Origin: Isoptericola sp. BMS4
GTDB taxonomy: Bacteria > Actinomycetota > Actinomycetes > Actinomycetales > Cellulomonadaceae
Direction of reading: 5' to 3'
Length of the DNA: 64,000 bases
Assembly: GCF_011634835.1 (NCBI RefSeq)
Contig: NZ_SIRP01000001.1
Location: forward strand, 4,099,092 to 4,163,091
The stretch's first letter is position 1, and each line of letters opens with the position of its first letter. Shown piece by piece: positions 56,026 to 64,000 of this stretch. The notes beneath the pieces were generated by a model. The model was given only the letters and a program-made list of their open reading frames with translations, was not told the DNA's origin and made no database searches. Both the position numbers and the translations under genes were made by a program.

Positions 56026-57384
56026 ATGTCCTCTCGTCGTCTCCTCACGTCGCTGGTCGCCGCCGGGGCCCTCGCGTCGCTGCTCGCCGGGTGCACGGAC
56101 CAGGGCGACGAGTCCCCGCCCGCCGCGGCCGATCCCTCGGCGCCGGGCGCGGCGCAGGAGTGCGAGGACGGCGAGCCCGTCACGCGGACGCTCGACAACG
56201 GCGCGTCGTGGTCGATGTGCTGGTCCGTGGACCCCAAGCTGGGGCTGGTGCTCCGCGACGTCCGGTTCACGCCGACGGGCGCGGACCCGATCCCGATCCT
56301 CGCGTCGCTGTCGGTCGCGCAGCTCGAGGTGCCGTACGACGACGGGGGGCGGTCGACCTCGGACATCACGGAGGCCGGGTTCGGCGGCACGAAGATGAAG
56401 ACCCTCACGGACACGGAGTGCGCCGGCGAACGGCTCGAGACCGCCGTCCCGAACATCGGCGACGGCACGTTCGGCGAGGCGCCGGTGCGCGAGGTGCTCT
56501 GCTCGGAGACCGTGGACACCGGCGTCGGCTACCGGTCCAGCGACGGCGGCACCCTGGTGGCGGACCGGAGCAGCGCGTGGCAGCTCTCGTCGATCTCGAA
56601 GGTCGGCTGGTACGAGTACATCGCGCAGTACTCCTTCGGCTCCGACGGCAGCATCCGGCCGGCCCTCGGCGCGACGGGCGACATCTCCCCCGTCGACTTC
56701 ACCGACCCCGAGCACGGGTGGCCCGTCGGCGAGGGCGACGAGGCCCACGCCGCGAGCCACTCGCACAACGTCGTGTGGCGCGCCCACTGGGACCTCGGCG
56801 CCGGGGGCGAGCTCGCGGCCGAGCAGTACGACGCCGAGCCCACCGGCGAGATGGGCAGCGAGTCCCCCGTCCTGGAGGGGGCGCTGACCCGGCTGCCGAG
56901 GCCGACCACCGCCGAGTGGACCGACCGGCGCTGGTGGCGCGTCCTGGCCCCCGACGTGCTCAACGATGACGGCCACCCCGTCTCGTACGAGATCGACCTG
57001 GGGAAGACCGACTCGTTCGAGTTCACGCACGACCACCACGAGCACGGCGACGACGCCGGCTACGACGTCGCGTTCACGAACGCGGACGAGTGCCAGGTCT
57101 TCGCCACCCACAACGACGGCCAGTGCGGCAGCGGCGTCCTCGACTACGTCGACCGGGGGAAGGGCGACGACCTGGGCGACGTCGTCTCGTGGGTCGCCGT
57201 CGGCTTCCACCACGTGGTGCGCGACGAGGACCAGTCCCCCATGGACACGCACTGGCAGGGGTTCACCCTGCTCCCCCGCGACCTGACGGCGCAGCGCGTC
57301 GCGGTCCCGCCCGAGCGCGAGGAGCTCAACGGCGTCCCGTCCAACGAGTGGACCGAGGAGTACGAGGAGCTGCTCGACGACTGA
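56026..57384 (+). CDS. Putative lipoprotein with a copper-amine-oxidase-like C-terminal fold (low confidence)
   Basis: Lipobox SLLAGCTDQG; HSHNVVWRAHWDLG and VGFHHVVRDED His clusters; acidic C-terminus. Confidence 0.5.
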   Translation: MSSRRLLTSLVAAGALASLLAGCTDQGDESPPAAADPSAPGAAQECEDGEPVTRTLDNGASWSMCWSVDPKLGLVLRDVRFTPTGADPIPILASLSVAQLEVPYDDGGRSTSDITEAGFGGTKMKTLTDTECAGERLETAVPNIGDGTFGEAPVREVLCSETVDTGVGYRSSDGGTLVADRSSAWQLSSISKVGWYEYIAQYSFGSDGSIRPALGATGDISPVDFTDPEHGWPVGEGDEAHAASHSHNVVWRAHWDLGAGGELAAEQYDAEPTGEMGSESPVLEGALTRLPRPTTAEWTDRRWWRVLAPDVLNDDGHPVSYEIDLGKTDSFEFTHDHHEHGDDAGYDVAFTNADECQVFATHNDGQCGSGVLDYVDRGKGDDLGDVVSWVAVGFHHVVRDEDQSPMDTHWQGFTLLPRDLTAQRVAVPPEREELNGVPSNEWTEEYEELLDD

Positions 57385-57548
57385 GGCCGTTCCGTACGGT
57401 GTGCGCGGGCGACCGAGCCGATGACCGTCCGGCGGCGAGATCACCCGGGGATATGGCGGTGTCGAGGAGATCCGGTCACTAGGGTGTGAAGGTTCGCCGC
57501 ACGCCGCCACCGGGGTCGCGTGCCGGGCGGGCCGGGAGAGGGAGCAAC

Positions 57549-59084
57549 GTGGAGGGGTTCTTTGCCGCCGTCGGCGGTGCAGGGCTGGCCGTGGGCATCG
57601 TGGTGCTGGTCGCCGTCGCGGCGGTCGTCGCGCTGGTCGTCATGCTCGTGATGCGCGCCTGGTACAAGGTCGCGCGAGCCGACGAGGCGCTCGTGATCGT
57701 GGGGCGCAAGCGGCGCAGGTCGGACGGGCCGACGGCGAGCTTCTCGGTGATCCGGGGCGGCGGCGCGGTCGTCAACCCGATCACGCAGCGCGCGGAGACG
57801 CTGTCGCTGCGGGCGCGCCAGATCATGGTGCAGCCGACCGCGCAGTCGATCCAGGGCGTCACCGTGGACGTCACCGGGGTGGCGCTCGTGAAGGTCGGCT
57901 CGGACGACCAGTCGATCGCCCGGGCGGCCGAGCGTTTCGTGTCGCAGGACAACGCGATCGAGGTGTTCACCACCGAGCAGCTCGAGGGCGCCCTGCGCGG
58001 CGTCGTCGCGACCCTGTCGGTCGAGCAGCTCATGCGCGACCGGCAGGAGCTGTCCGACCAGATCGCGACGCTCATCAAGAGCGACCTGGCGGAGCAGGGC
58101 CTCGTGCTCGACAGCTTCCAGATCCAGGGCATCACCGACGCGAACGGCTACGTGCACGCGCTGGGCGCCGAGGAGGTCTCGAAGGTCAAGCGTCAGGCGG
58201 AGATCGCCCGCATCGACGCCGAGCGGCAGATCAAGGCGCGCGAGATCTCGACCAGCGAGGAGACGCTGATCGAGCAGACGCAGTACGACAAGAACCAGGC
58301 GGCGGCCGCGTCCGACGTCGGCGAGGCGCGCGCCGAGGCCGAGCAGGCGGAGGCGCTCGCACGGGCCCGCGCCGAGCAGGGCGTCCTCATGCAGCAGGCC
58401 GAGAACCGCCAGGCCCAGCTCGACGCGGACGTCAAGCGTGTCGCCGACGCCGCGCAGTACGAGGAGCAGAAGAAGGCCGACGCCCGCGCGTACGCGCGGA
58501 TGAAGGACGCCGAGGCGGCGGCCGAGGTGCAGCGCCGCGAGGCCGACATCAACGAGTACGAGCGGCAGAAGAAGGCCGACGCGGACGCGTACGCCCAGGT
58601 CAAGGCGGCGGAGGCGGAGGCCCGCAAGGCCCAGCGCGAGGCCGAGGCGACCCGACTGCAGGCGGAGGCCGAGGCGGACGCCGCCCGAGCGCGGGCGCAG
58701 GCGGAGGCCGACGCGATCCGCCTGGCCGGCGAGGCGAAGGCCGCGGCGATCGAGGCCGAGGCCGAGGCACTCATGAAGAACCAGGAGGCGGTGCTCGCGC
58801 AGCGGTCGCTCGACGTGCTGGTGCCGATGATGACGGAGTTCGCCAAGGGGTACGGGAACGTCGGCAACGTCATGGTGCTCTCGGGCTCCGGCGAGAGCGG
58901 CGCGTCGTCGCACATGGCGGGCGAGGCCGCGATGGGCATGCGCGCCATGTTCGACACCGTGCGCGAGGCGACCGGCATCGACCTGTCCAGCGTGATCCAG
59001 GGCAACGCCGTGGGGCGGGGCATCGCCAACGCTCAGCAGGGACCGGCCGAGCCGGAGCGCCCGGTGGACCCGACCGACAACTGA
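57549..59084 (+). CDS. Flotillin / SPFH (band 7) domain protein
   Basis: N-terminal transmembrane helix, SPFH domain, and a long Ala/Glu-rich coiled coil (AEAEQAEALARARAEQ...). GTG start after GGGAGAGGGAG. Confidence 0.85.
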   Translation: MEGFFAAVGGAGLAVGIVVLVAVAAVVALVVMLVMRAWYKVARADEALVIVGRKRRRSDGPTASFSVIRGGGAVVNPITQRAETLSLRARQIMVQPTAQSIQGVTVDVTGVALVKVGSDDQSIARAAERFVSQDNAIEVFTTEQLEGALRGVVATLSVEQLMRDRQELSDQIATLIKSDLAEQGLVLDSFQIQGITDANGYVHALGAEEVSKVKRQAEIARIDAERQIKAREISTSEETLIEQTQYDKNQAAAASDVGEARAEAEQAEALARARAEQGVLMQQAENRQAQLDADVKRVADAAQYEEQKKADARAYARMKDAEAAAEVQRREADINEYERQKKADADAYAQVKAAEAEARKAQREAEATRLQAEAEADAARARAQAEADAIRLAGEAKAAAIEAEAEALMKNQEAVLAQRSLDVLVPMMTEFAKGYGNVGNVMVLSGSGESGASSHMAGEAAMGMRAMFDTVREATGIDLSSVIQGNAVGRGIANAQQGPAEPERPVDPTDN

Positions 59085-59109
59085 CGCACCGTCCGCCGAG
59101 GCGCCCGAG

Positions 59110-59148
59110 CGGCCCGGACCCGCAGCCGCGGGCCCGGGCCGCTCGCGT
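59110..59148. terminator. GC-rich hairpin between the convergent flotillin and GNAT genes
   Basis: GAGCGGCCCGG-(loop)-CCGGGCCGCTC. Confidence 0.35.
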
Positions 59149-59159
59149 GTCCCGCAAGC

Positions 59160-59651
59160 TCAGCGCACGAGGCGGACCTCGGCGAGCCCCAGACCGTCGT
59201 CGACGTAGCCGGCTCCGTCGGGGAGGAACCCGTTGCGGCCGTAGAACCGGCGCGCCCGCGGGTTGTCCTCGGCGACCCACGGCTGGGCGGGCGTCCCTGG
59301 TGCGACGACGGCGTCGAGCAGCGCCTGCCCGACCCCGGTGCCGTGGTGCGCCGACAGCACGTACAGCGAGAGCAGCTCGCGGTCGCGGACGGGCTCGTGG
59401 TCCCCGATCCTTCGCCCCTGCCCGTCGATGGCGAACCCGACGACCTGCCCACCGCGCTCGGCCACCGTGACCGCGGCGCCGTCGTCGAGCCGGCGCTGCC
59501 ATCGTGCGGTCCGTCGCTCCAGCGTGTCCGTCTCCCAGTGGTCGGCCGGCAGCAGCCGCGAGTACGTCTCCACCCACGACGTGTGGTGGACGAACGCGCA
59601 GCCGGCGGCGTCGTCGGGGGCGGCGGGGCGGATCACGGCCGGGAGGGTCAT
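59160..59651 (-). CDS. GNAT family N-acetyltransferase
   Basis: LYVLSAHHGTGVGQALLDAVV (acetyl-CoA-binding motif A). Confidence 0.8.
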   Translation of the reverse strand: MTLPAVIRPAAPDDAAGCAFVHHTSWVETYSRLLPADHWETDTLERRTARWQRRLDDGAAVTVAERGGQVVGFAIDGQGRRIGDHEPVRDRELLSLYVLSAHHGTGVGQALLDAVVAPGTPAQPWVAEDNPRARRFYGRNGFLPDGAGYVDDGLGLAEVRLVR

Positions 59652-59771
59652 GTCGACGATCCTGCCGCACACCGCGGTCCCGGCCGCGCGTCGGCTCGGC
59701 ATGGCCGACGCTCCCGCGGGCGAGGCGACGGCGTCGTCACTAGCGTCGGGGGCCTCGACCACTGGAGGTGC

Positions 59772-60554
59772 ATGATGACGACGGAGGGCAGGGTCGCGCT
59801 GGTCACGGGCGCGGGGTCGGGCATCGGCCGCGCGACGGCGGTGCGCCTGGCACGCGACGGCGCGACGGTGGTCGCGCTCGGGCACCGCCAGGAGAGCGCG
59901 GACGACGTCGCCGACGAGATCCGCCGTGACGGCGGCAGGGTGCTGCCGGTGTCGGCCGACGTCGGGGACGTCGCCGCGGTGCGCGCCGTGCTCGACCGGG
60001 TGGAGCGCGAGCTCGGGCGGCTGGACACCGTCGTCGCGAACGCCGGGGTCAACGGCGTCTGGGCCCCGCTCGAGGAGCTGGAGCCGGAGGAGTGGGACAG
60101 CACGATCACCACGAACCTGACCGGCACGTTCCTCACCGTGCGGTACGCGGTCCCCCTGCTCGTGCGGCAGGGCGGCGCTGTCGTCGTCGTGTCGTCGATC
60201 AACGGCACCCGCACGTTCAGCAACTCCGGCGCGTCGGCGTACGCGGCGAGCAAGGCCGGCCAGGTCGCGTTCGCCCGCATGGCCGCCGTCGAGCTCGGCC
60301 CGCGAGGCGTGCGCGTCAACTCCGTGTGCCCCGGCGCCATCGACACGGAGATCGGCGACAACACCGAGCACCGCGACACCGGCAACCTCGGCGTGGACGC
60401 CGACTATCCCGAGGGGCAGATCCCGCTGACCGGCCAGGAGCCCGGCGTGGCCGCGCAGGTCGCCGACACCATCGCCTACCTCGTCTCCGACGCCGCGAGC
60501 CATGTGACCGGCACCGAGGTGTTCGTCGACGGGGGCCAGTCGCTCATCGCGTGA
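59772..60554 (+). CDS. SDR family oxidoreductase
   Basis: ALVTGAGSGIGRA...NAGV...YAASKAG. Confidence 0.9.
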   Translation: MMTTEGRVALVTGAGSGIGRATAVRLARDGATVVALGHRQESADDVADEIRRDGGRVLPVSADVGDVAAVRAVLDRVERELGRLDTVVANAGVNGVWAPLEELEPEEWDSTITTNLTGTFLTVRYAVPLLVRQGGAVVVVSSINGTRTFSNSGASAYAASKAGQVAFARMAAVELGPRGVRVNSVCPGAIDTEIGDNTEHRDTGNLGVDADYPEGQIPLTGQEPGVAAQVADTIAYLVSDAASHVTGTEVFVDGGQSLIA

Positions 60555-60570
60555 CGGCGTCCGCGCCCGG

Positions 60571-60951
60571 CTAGACGGAGAGCGCCTCGACGGTCCACGC
60601 GGCCTGGATCAGGACCGTCGAGGCGAGTACCACCCGAGTGCCGTCGCGTCGGCGGACCGCCAGCTCGACGAGCTCATTGGCGACGGCTGCGACGACGGCC
60701 GCGGCCGTCGTCACGCTCACCCACGCCGGGACGGTCGCGGCCCCACCGGCCCGCCCGTCGACGTTGGCGAGCCACGCTGCGACGTAGAGCGACCCGAGCA
60801 CGACCTGCAGCAGCAGGAGGCCGATCATCCACGCTCTCCTGACCGGCTCGTCCGCCGGGGTCCCCGGCCTCTCGGCCGTCGACGCGGTCGGCTCGCCGAC
60901 TCGGCGATCGGTGTCCATGCATCGGCCTCCGGGACGGTTGACTCCGGCCAC
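60571..60951 (-). CDS. Hypothetical small membrane protein; start uncertain
   Basis: Three hydrophobic stretches. Weak support. Confidence 0.3.
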   Translation of the reverse strand: MAGVNRPGGRCMDTDRRVGEPTASTAERPGTPADEPVRRAWMIGLLLLQVVLGSLYVAAWLANVDGRAGGAATVPAWVSVTTAAAVVAAVANELVELAVRRRDGTRVVLASTVLIQAAWTVEALSV

Positions 60952-60957
60952 CGTACG

Positions 60958-61605
60958 TTACGGGTTGAGCCGGCGTGATCGGAGTTCTGTCATCGCTGCG
61001 GAGACCGCAGCGCGCGCCACCGCCTCAAGCCCCTCGGTGCTCAGACTCGTCCGGCTGAGGACGGCCAGGGACTGGTTGGCAGCCGCCAGCTGCAGCGCGA
61101 CGTCGTCCGCGGTCGATGCGGCGACCCCAGCACCGAGAAGTGCCGTCGTGATCCGCTTGCGCTGCGACCCGAGGAGGGCGTCCGCCTGGGCAGCGGCACT
61201 CGCCGGCAGGGTCGGACTGGCGATCACGGACTGCGCGACCAAGCATCCGCGCGGCACGTCGGGGTCCGCGATGCGCTCGAGCGTCACGTCGAAGAACGAC
61301 GTCAACGCGGCGCGGACGTCCGCCGTCTGCGATCCGAGTGCCTGCTCGTACCGTTCGCCGTACCGGCTCCCGTACCGCGCCAGGCACCGCTGGAACAGCG
61401 TGGCCTTGTCGCCGAAGGCGTTGTAGAAGGAGCTGCGCCCCAGGCCCATCGCGGCGCCGAGGACGTCGATGGAGGAATCCGCGTACCCGCGCTCCCAGAA
61501 GACGAGCATCGCCGCCTCCACCGCCACGTCGGCGTCGAACGCCTTCTTCCCGGCCACCCTCGACCACCTTCCCGCTGAGTCGCTCCACCGCTCGCCTCGA
61601 TCCAC
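60958..61605 (-). CDS. TetR/AcrR family transcriptional regulator; start probably internal
   Basis: DVAVEAAMLVFWERGYADSSIDVLGAAMGLGRSSFYNAFGDKATLF. It is divergent from the alpha/beta hydrolase gene. Confidence 0.8.
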   Translation of the reverse strand: MDRGERWSDSAGRWSRVAGKKAFDADVAVEAAMLVFWERGYADSSIDVLGAAMGLGRSSFYNAFGDKATLFQRCLARYGSRYGERYEQALGSQTADVRAALTSFFDVTLERIADPDVPRGCLVAQSVIASPTLPASAAAQADALLGSQRKRITTALLGAGVAASTADDVALQLAAANQSLAVLSRTSLSTEGLEAVARAAVSAAMTELRSRRLNP

Positions 61606-61739
61606 CCTATCTTGGATCGATCAGTACAAGATGGCTATGGTAGCCCGGTGACCACCGACCTGACCTCCTTCGAGCGCCCGTCCCGGAGTGGAAGCAACGG
61701 CGTGCCGATCCCCGTCGTCGACGAACACGGAGCATCACG

Positions 61740-62624
61740 ATGACCACGACCATCCCGCACCTGGACGAGACAGGCTTGGCCACCGAGTACCGTCACGTCG
61801 ACGGCGTCCGTCTCCACGCCCTCGTGGGCGGGAACCCTGCAGGCCGGACCCTCGTGCTCCTGGCCGGGTTCCCCCAGGACGCCCGGGCCTGGCTCAAGAC
61901 CGCGGCCCACCTCGCCGAGCACTACCGGCTGGTCATCCCCGATCTCCCCGGGCAGGGCCGATCCGGCCGGCCGGCGGACGGCTACGACACCCAGACGATG
62001 GCGGCCCGTGTCCATGGCCTCCTCCAGCAGCTCGGCGTCACCCGATATGCGCTGGTCGCGCACGACGTCGGCGCGTGGACCGCGTTCCCCTACGGCCTCC
62101 TCTACGGCGACGAGGTCCAACGCCTCGCGCTCCTCGACGCCGGCATCCCCGGCATCACCCTGCCCGACTCGGTCCCGCTCGATCCCGAGCGAGCGTGGAA
62201 GACGTGGCACTTCGCCTTCCACCAGGTGCCGGAGCTCCCCGAGGTCCTGCTCAAGGGCAACGAACGGGACTACATCGCATGGTTTCTCCGGGCGAAGACG
62301 CACGACCGGACAGCCTTCTCGGATGCCGACGTCGATGCCTACGCGGCGTCTTTCGCCTCGGACGGCGGCGTCAACGCCGGGCTCGCCTACTACCGCGAGG
62401 CCGCGCGCTCCGCCGAGCAGAACCGTGCGCTCCTGGAGACGAGGCGTTTCACGATGCCCGTCCTCGGCGTCAGTGCAGAGTTCGGCAGCATCCCCGACAT
62501 GACGGCGCCCGTCCAGCCCTACGCGGACGACGCTCGGAACGTCACCATCCCGGGTTCGGGGCACTTCATCCCCGAGGAGCAGCCCGAGCTCCTCGCCGCC
62601 GCCCTCCGGGAGTTCGTGGGCTGA
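61740..62624 (+). CDS. Alpha/beta hydrolase (epoxide hydrolase / haloalkane dehalogenase-like)
   Basis: LLAGFPQ...HDVGAW (nucleophile elbow)...GSGHFIPEE. Confidence 0.85.
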   Translation: MTTTIPHLDETGLATEYRHVDGVRLHALVGGNPAGRTLVLLAGFPQDARAWLKTAAHLAEHYRLVIPDLPGQGRSGRPADGYDTQTMAARVHGLLQQLGVTRYALVAHDVGAWTAFPYGLLYGDEVQRLALLDAGIPGITLPDSVPLDPERAWKTWHFAFHQVPELPEVLLKGNERDYIAWFLRAKTHDRTAFSDADVDAYAASFASDGGVNAGLAYYREAARSAEQNRALLETRRFTMPVLGVSAEFGSIPDMTAPVQPYADDARNVTIPGSGHFIPEEQPELLAAALREFVG

Positions 62625-62689
62625 GACTCGTTCTGCTCGTCTGTCGGCCGCCGCCAGGTGGTCGACAGACGAGCGCACGCTGCCGTGCC

Positions 62690-63106
62690 CTACAAGACGT
62701 CGAAGCCGACGAACGCCAGGACAGCCGTCGCGGCAGCGACCAGGGCGGCGAGCAGGACTCGAGCGCGAAGACGCCGGTGCGTGTCGAGGATCAGGCCGAC
62801 ACCAAAGATGCCCGCCGCGACGACGACGCCGTAGGCGACTCCGCCATGCTCCACGCCGGCGCCCCAGCCCATCCACGAGCCTGTCGCGAGAGCGGCGACA
62901 CCGGCGGTGAACCACATCGGCAGCTCGACGTCCGTCACGAGCGTGATCAGGAACGTGATCGCGAGCGTGACCAGCACGGGCAGCACGGCCCAGATCAGGA
63001 GCGAGTAGCCCACGAACGCGAACCAGCCGAGGTCCACCATCCGCCAGCCGCCGTCGGCGACGACGACCGCGGCGACAGCCGCGGATGCCAAGGACGCGCG
63101 CCGCAT
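62690..63106 (-). CDS. Hypothetical membrane protein; start set at the internal Met because the N-terminal part of the tool ORF looks non-coding
   Basis: Four transmembrane-like segments. Weak support. Confidence 0.3.
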   Translation of the reverse strand: MRRASLASAAVAAVVVADGGWRMVDLGWFAFVGYSLLIWAVLPVLVTLAITFLITLVTDVELPMWFTAGVAALATGSWMGWGAGVEHGGVAYGVVVAAGIFGVGLILDTHRRLRARVLLAALVAAATAVLAFVGFDVL

Positions 63107-63221
63107 GCTCGGCAGAGCGGCGTCCGCGCGGCCCCAGAGGTGCGCGGGAGGTGTCGTCGGCGTCGGTGCTGACACATCGATCACGCTACGCCGACCGTGG
63201 GCTCGCGCGCTCTCACGCGGC

Positions 63222-63659
63222 TCACCGCAGCTTCTCGATCGCGTCGGCCAGCTCGCCGACGGGCAGGCGACCGTCAAGCTCGACGGTCGCTCCTCGCCGA
63301 AGCAGAGGTTCGACGTCCACGACATACTGGCGAATCTCGGCCCGCTGCTCCGCTGAGTGTCCATACGGATTGTTGGTCCGTGTCGCGGCGCGCTCGACCA
63401 GTACCCCGACAGGGGCGCTCAGCAGCACCACATGCTCGAACCGGCCATAGAAGCGGCCCTGGTTCTCGACCGTCCCCGAGACCACCACGTCGCCGTGACG
63501 ATCCAGCAGCTCGCTCATCCGAGCCTCGTCCCACACCGCGCCGGGCAACTCCCAGCCGTCATAGTCGGTGTCGACGGTCAGACGCCCACGCCGAGCAAGC
63601 TCCTCCAGCAAAGTCGACTTCCCCGCGCCCGACATCCCAGTGACGAGAACGCGCACCAT
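63222..63659 (-). CDS. P-loop NTPase (AAA / shikimate-kinase-like small kinase)
   Basis: MVRVLVTGMSGAGKSTLLEELARRG Walker A at the N-terminus; 145 aa. Confidence 0.7.
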   Translation of the reverse strand: MVRVLVTGMSGAGKSTLLEELARRGRLTVDTDYDGWELPGAVWDEARMSELLDRHGDVVVSGTVENQGRFYGRFEHVVLLSAPVGVLVERAATRTNNPYGHSAEQRAEIRQYVVDVEPLLRRGATVELDGRLPVGELADAIEKLR

Positions 63660-63869
63660 GCCATGAGCGTACGCACTCGACAGGTCGAGCGACTGTCCAC
63701 GTTCGCGGGCATCGCGACCATGCCCAATTCGATCGAGGACGAGGATCGTGCCGTGGTCATCACGATGCGTCGCCGCGCTCCCGACGAGGCTGTCGCCCCT
63801 ACCGGTGCGAAACGGACGACGGCGCCGCGCGACCCGTTTCTTTGCGACTGTTGCGGGACCAGCACCAAA

Positions 63870-63915
63870 GATTCGAGCCCCTGACCGGCGTTTGCGCTGG
63901 TCAGGGGCTCGAATC
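63870..63915. terminator. Perfect 17-bp-arm hairpin GATTCGAGCCCCTGACC-(11 nt)-GGTCAGGGGCTCGAATC
   Basis: A strong inverted repeat with no adjacent gene inside the window. Confidence 0.3.
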
Positions 63916-63938
63916 CCACTGTGGGTGCGGTAGCGGTG

Positions 63939-64000
63939 GTGTCCAGTCTCAGGACATCGGAATGGGGTGTCTCAAGACATCGGCATAGCGTGTCTCGAGT
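63939..64000. repeat. Tandem operator-like repeats GTCTCA(R)GACATCGG at the window edge
   Basis: TGTCCAGTCTCAGGACATCGG ... TGTCTCAAGACATCGG ... TGTCTCGAG. Motif related to the PadR-operator palindromes at 48824-48862. Confidence 0.35.

Overview
This window is a very high-GC (about 72-74%), GC3-saturated chromosomal segment, typical of Actinomycetota and possibly Micrococcales-like; the taxon is inferred from composition only. About 55 protein genes can be supported.

Housekeeping genes: lysC (partial, at the window edge), recR, dnaX, and metQ-metN-metI preceded by a long leader.

RNA genes: one tRNA-Ser(GGA).

Transporters and permeases: an NCS2 nucleobase permease, a PnuC transporter, an Nramp/MntH transporter, two ABC-2 exporter pairs, and a CUT1 sugar ABC importer (solute-binding protein plus two permeases).

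Glycan-related genes: the sugar importer sits in a cluster that resembles the Bacillus rhamnogalacturonan yes/yet genes (YesL-like, SGNH esterase, DUF1961, a 911-aa YetA-like protein). There are also two large secreted multidomain glycan-active candidates: a PA14/beta-propeller/CBM/DUF1080 protein and a discoidin/CARDB/GH87-like protein.

Regulators: five TetR, one PadR, one Rrf2 and one two-component pair.

Other: a flotillin, and assorted enzymes.

The features that stand out are non-coding or structural:
- Two families of short intergenic repeats: family A, a 60-85 bp perfect palindrome in three copies, two of which bracket a methyltransferase next to the tRNA; and family B, about 75 bp, in two copies.
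- A perfect 59-bp tandem duplication that frameshifts a secreted-protein gene.
- A duplicated promoter plus signal-peptide cassette in front of two different secreted proteins.
- About 8 kb (ABC exporter, two-component system, giant PA14 protein) sitting between recR and dnaX-NUDIX, with no ybaB.
- Several candidate operators and promoters.

No CRISPR array, integrase, transposase or rRNA gene was seen. Coordinates taken from my own reading of the sequence may be off by 1 nt.
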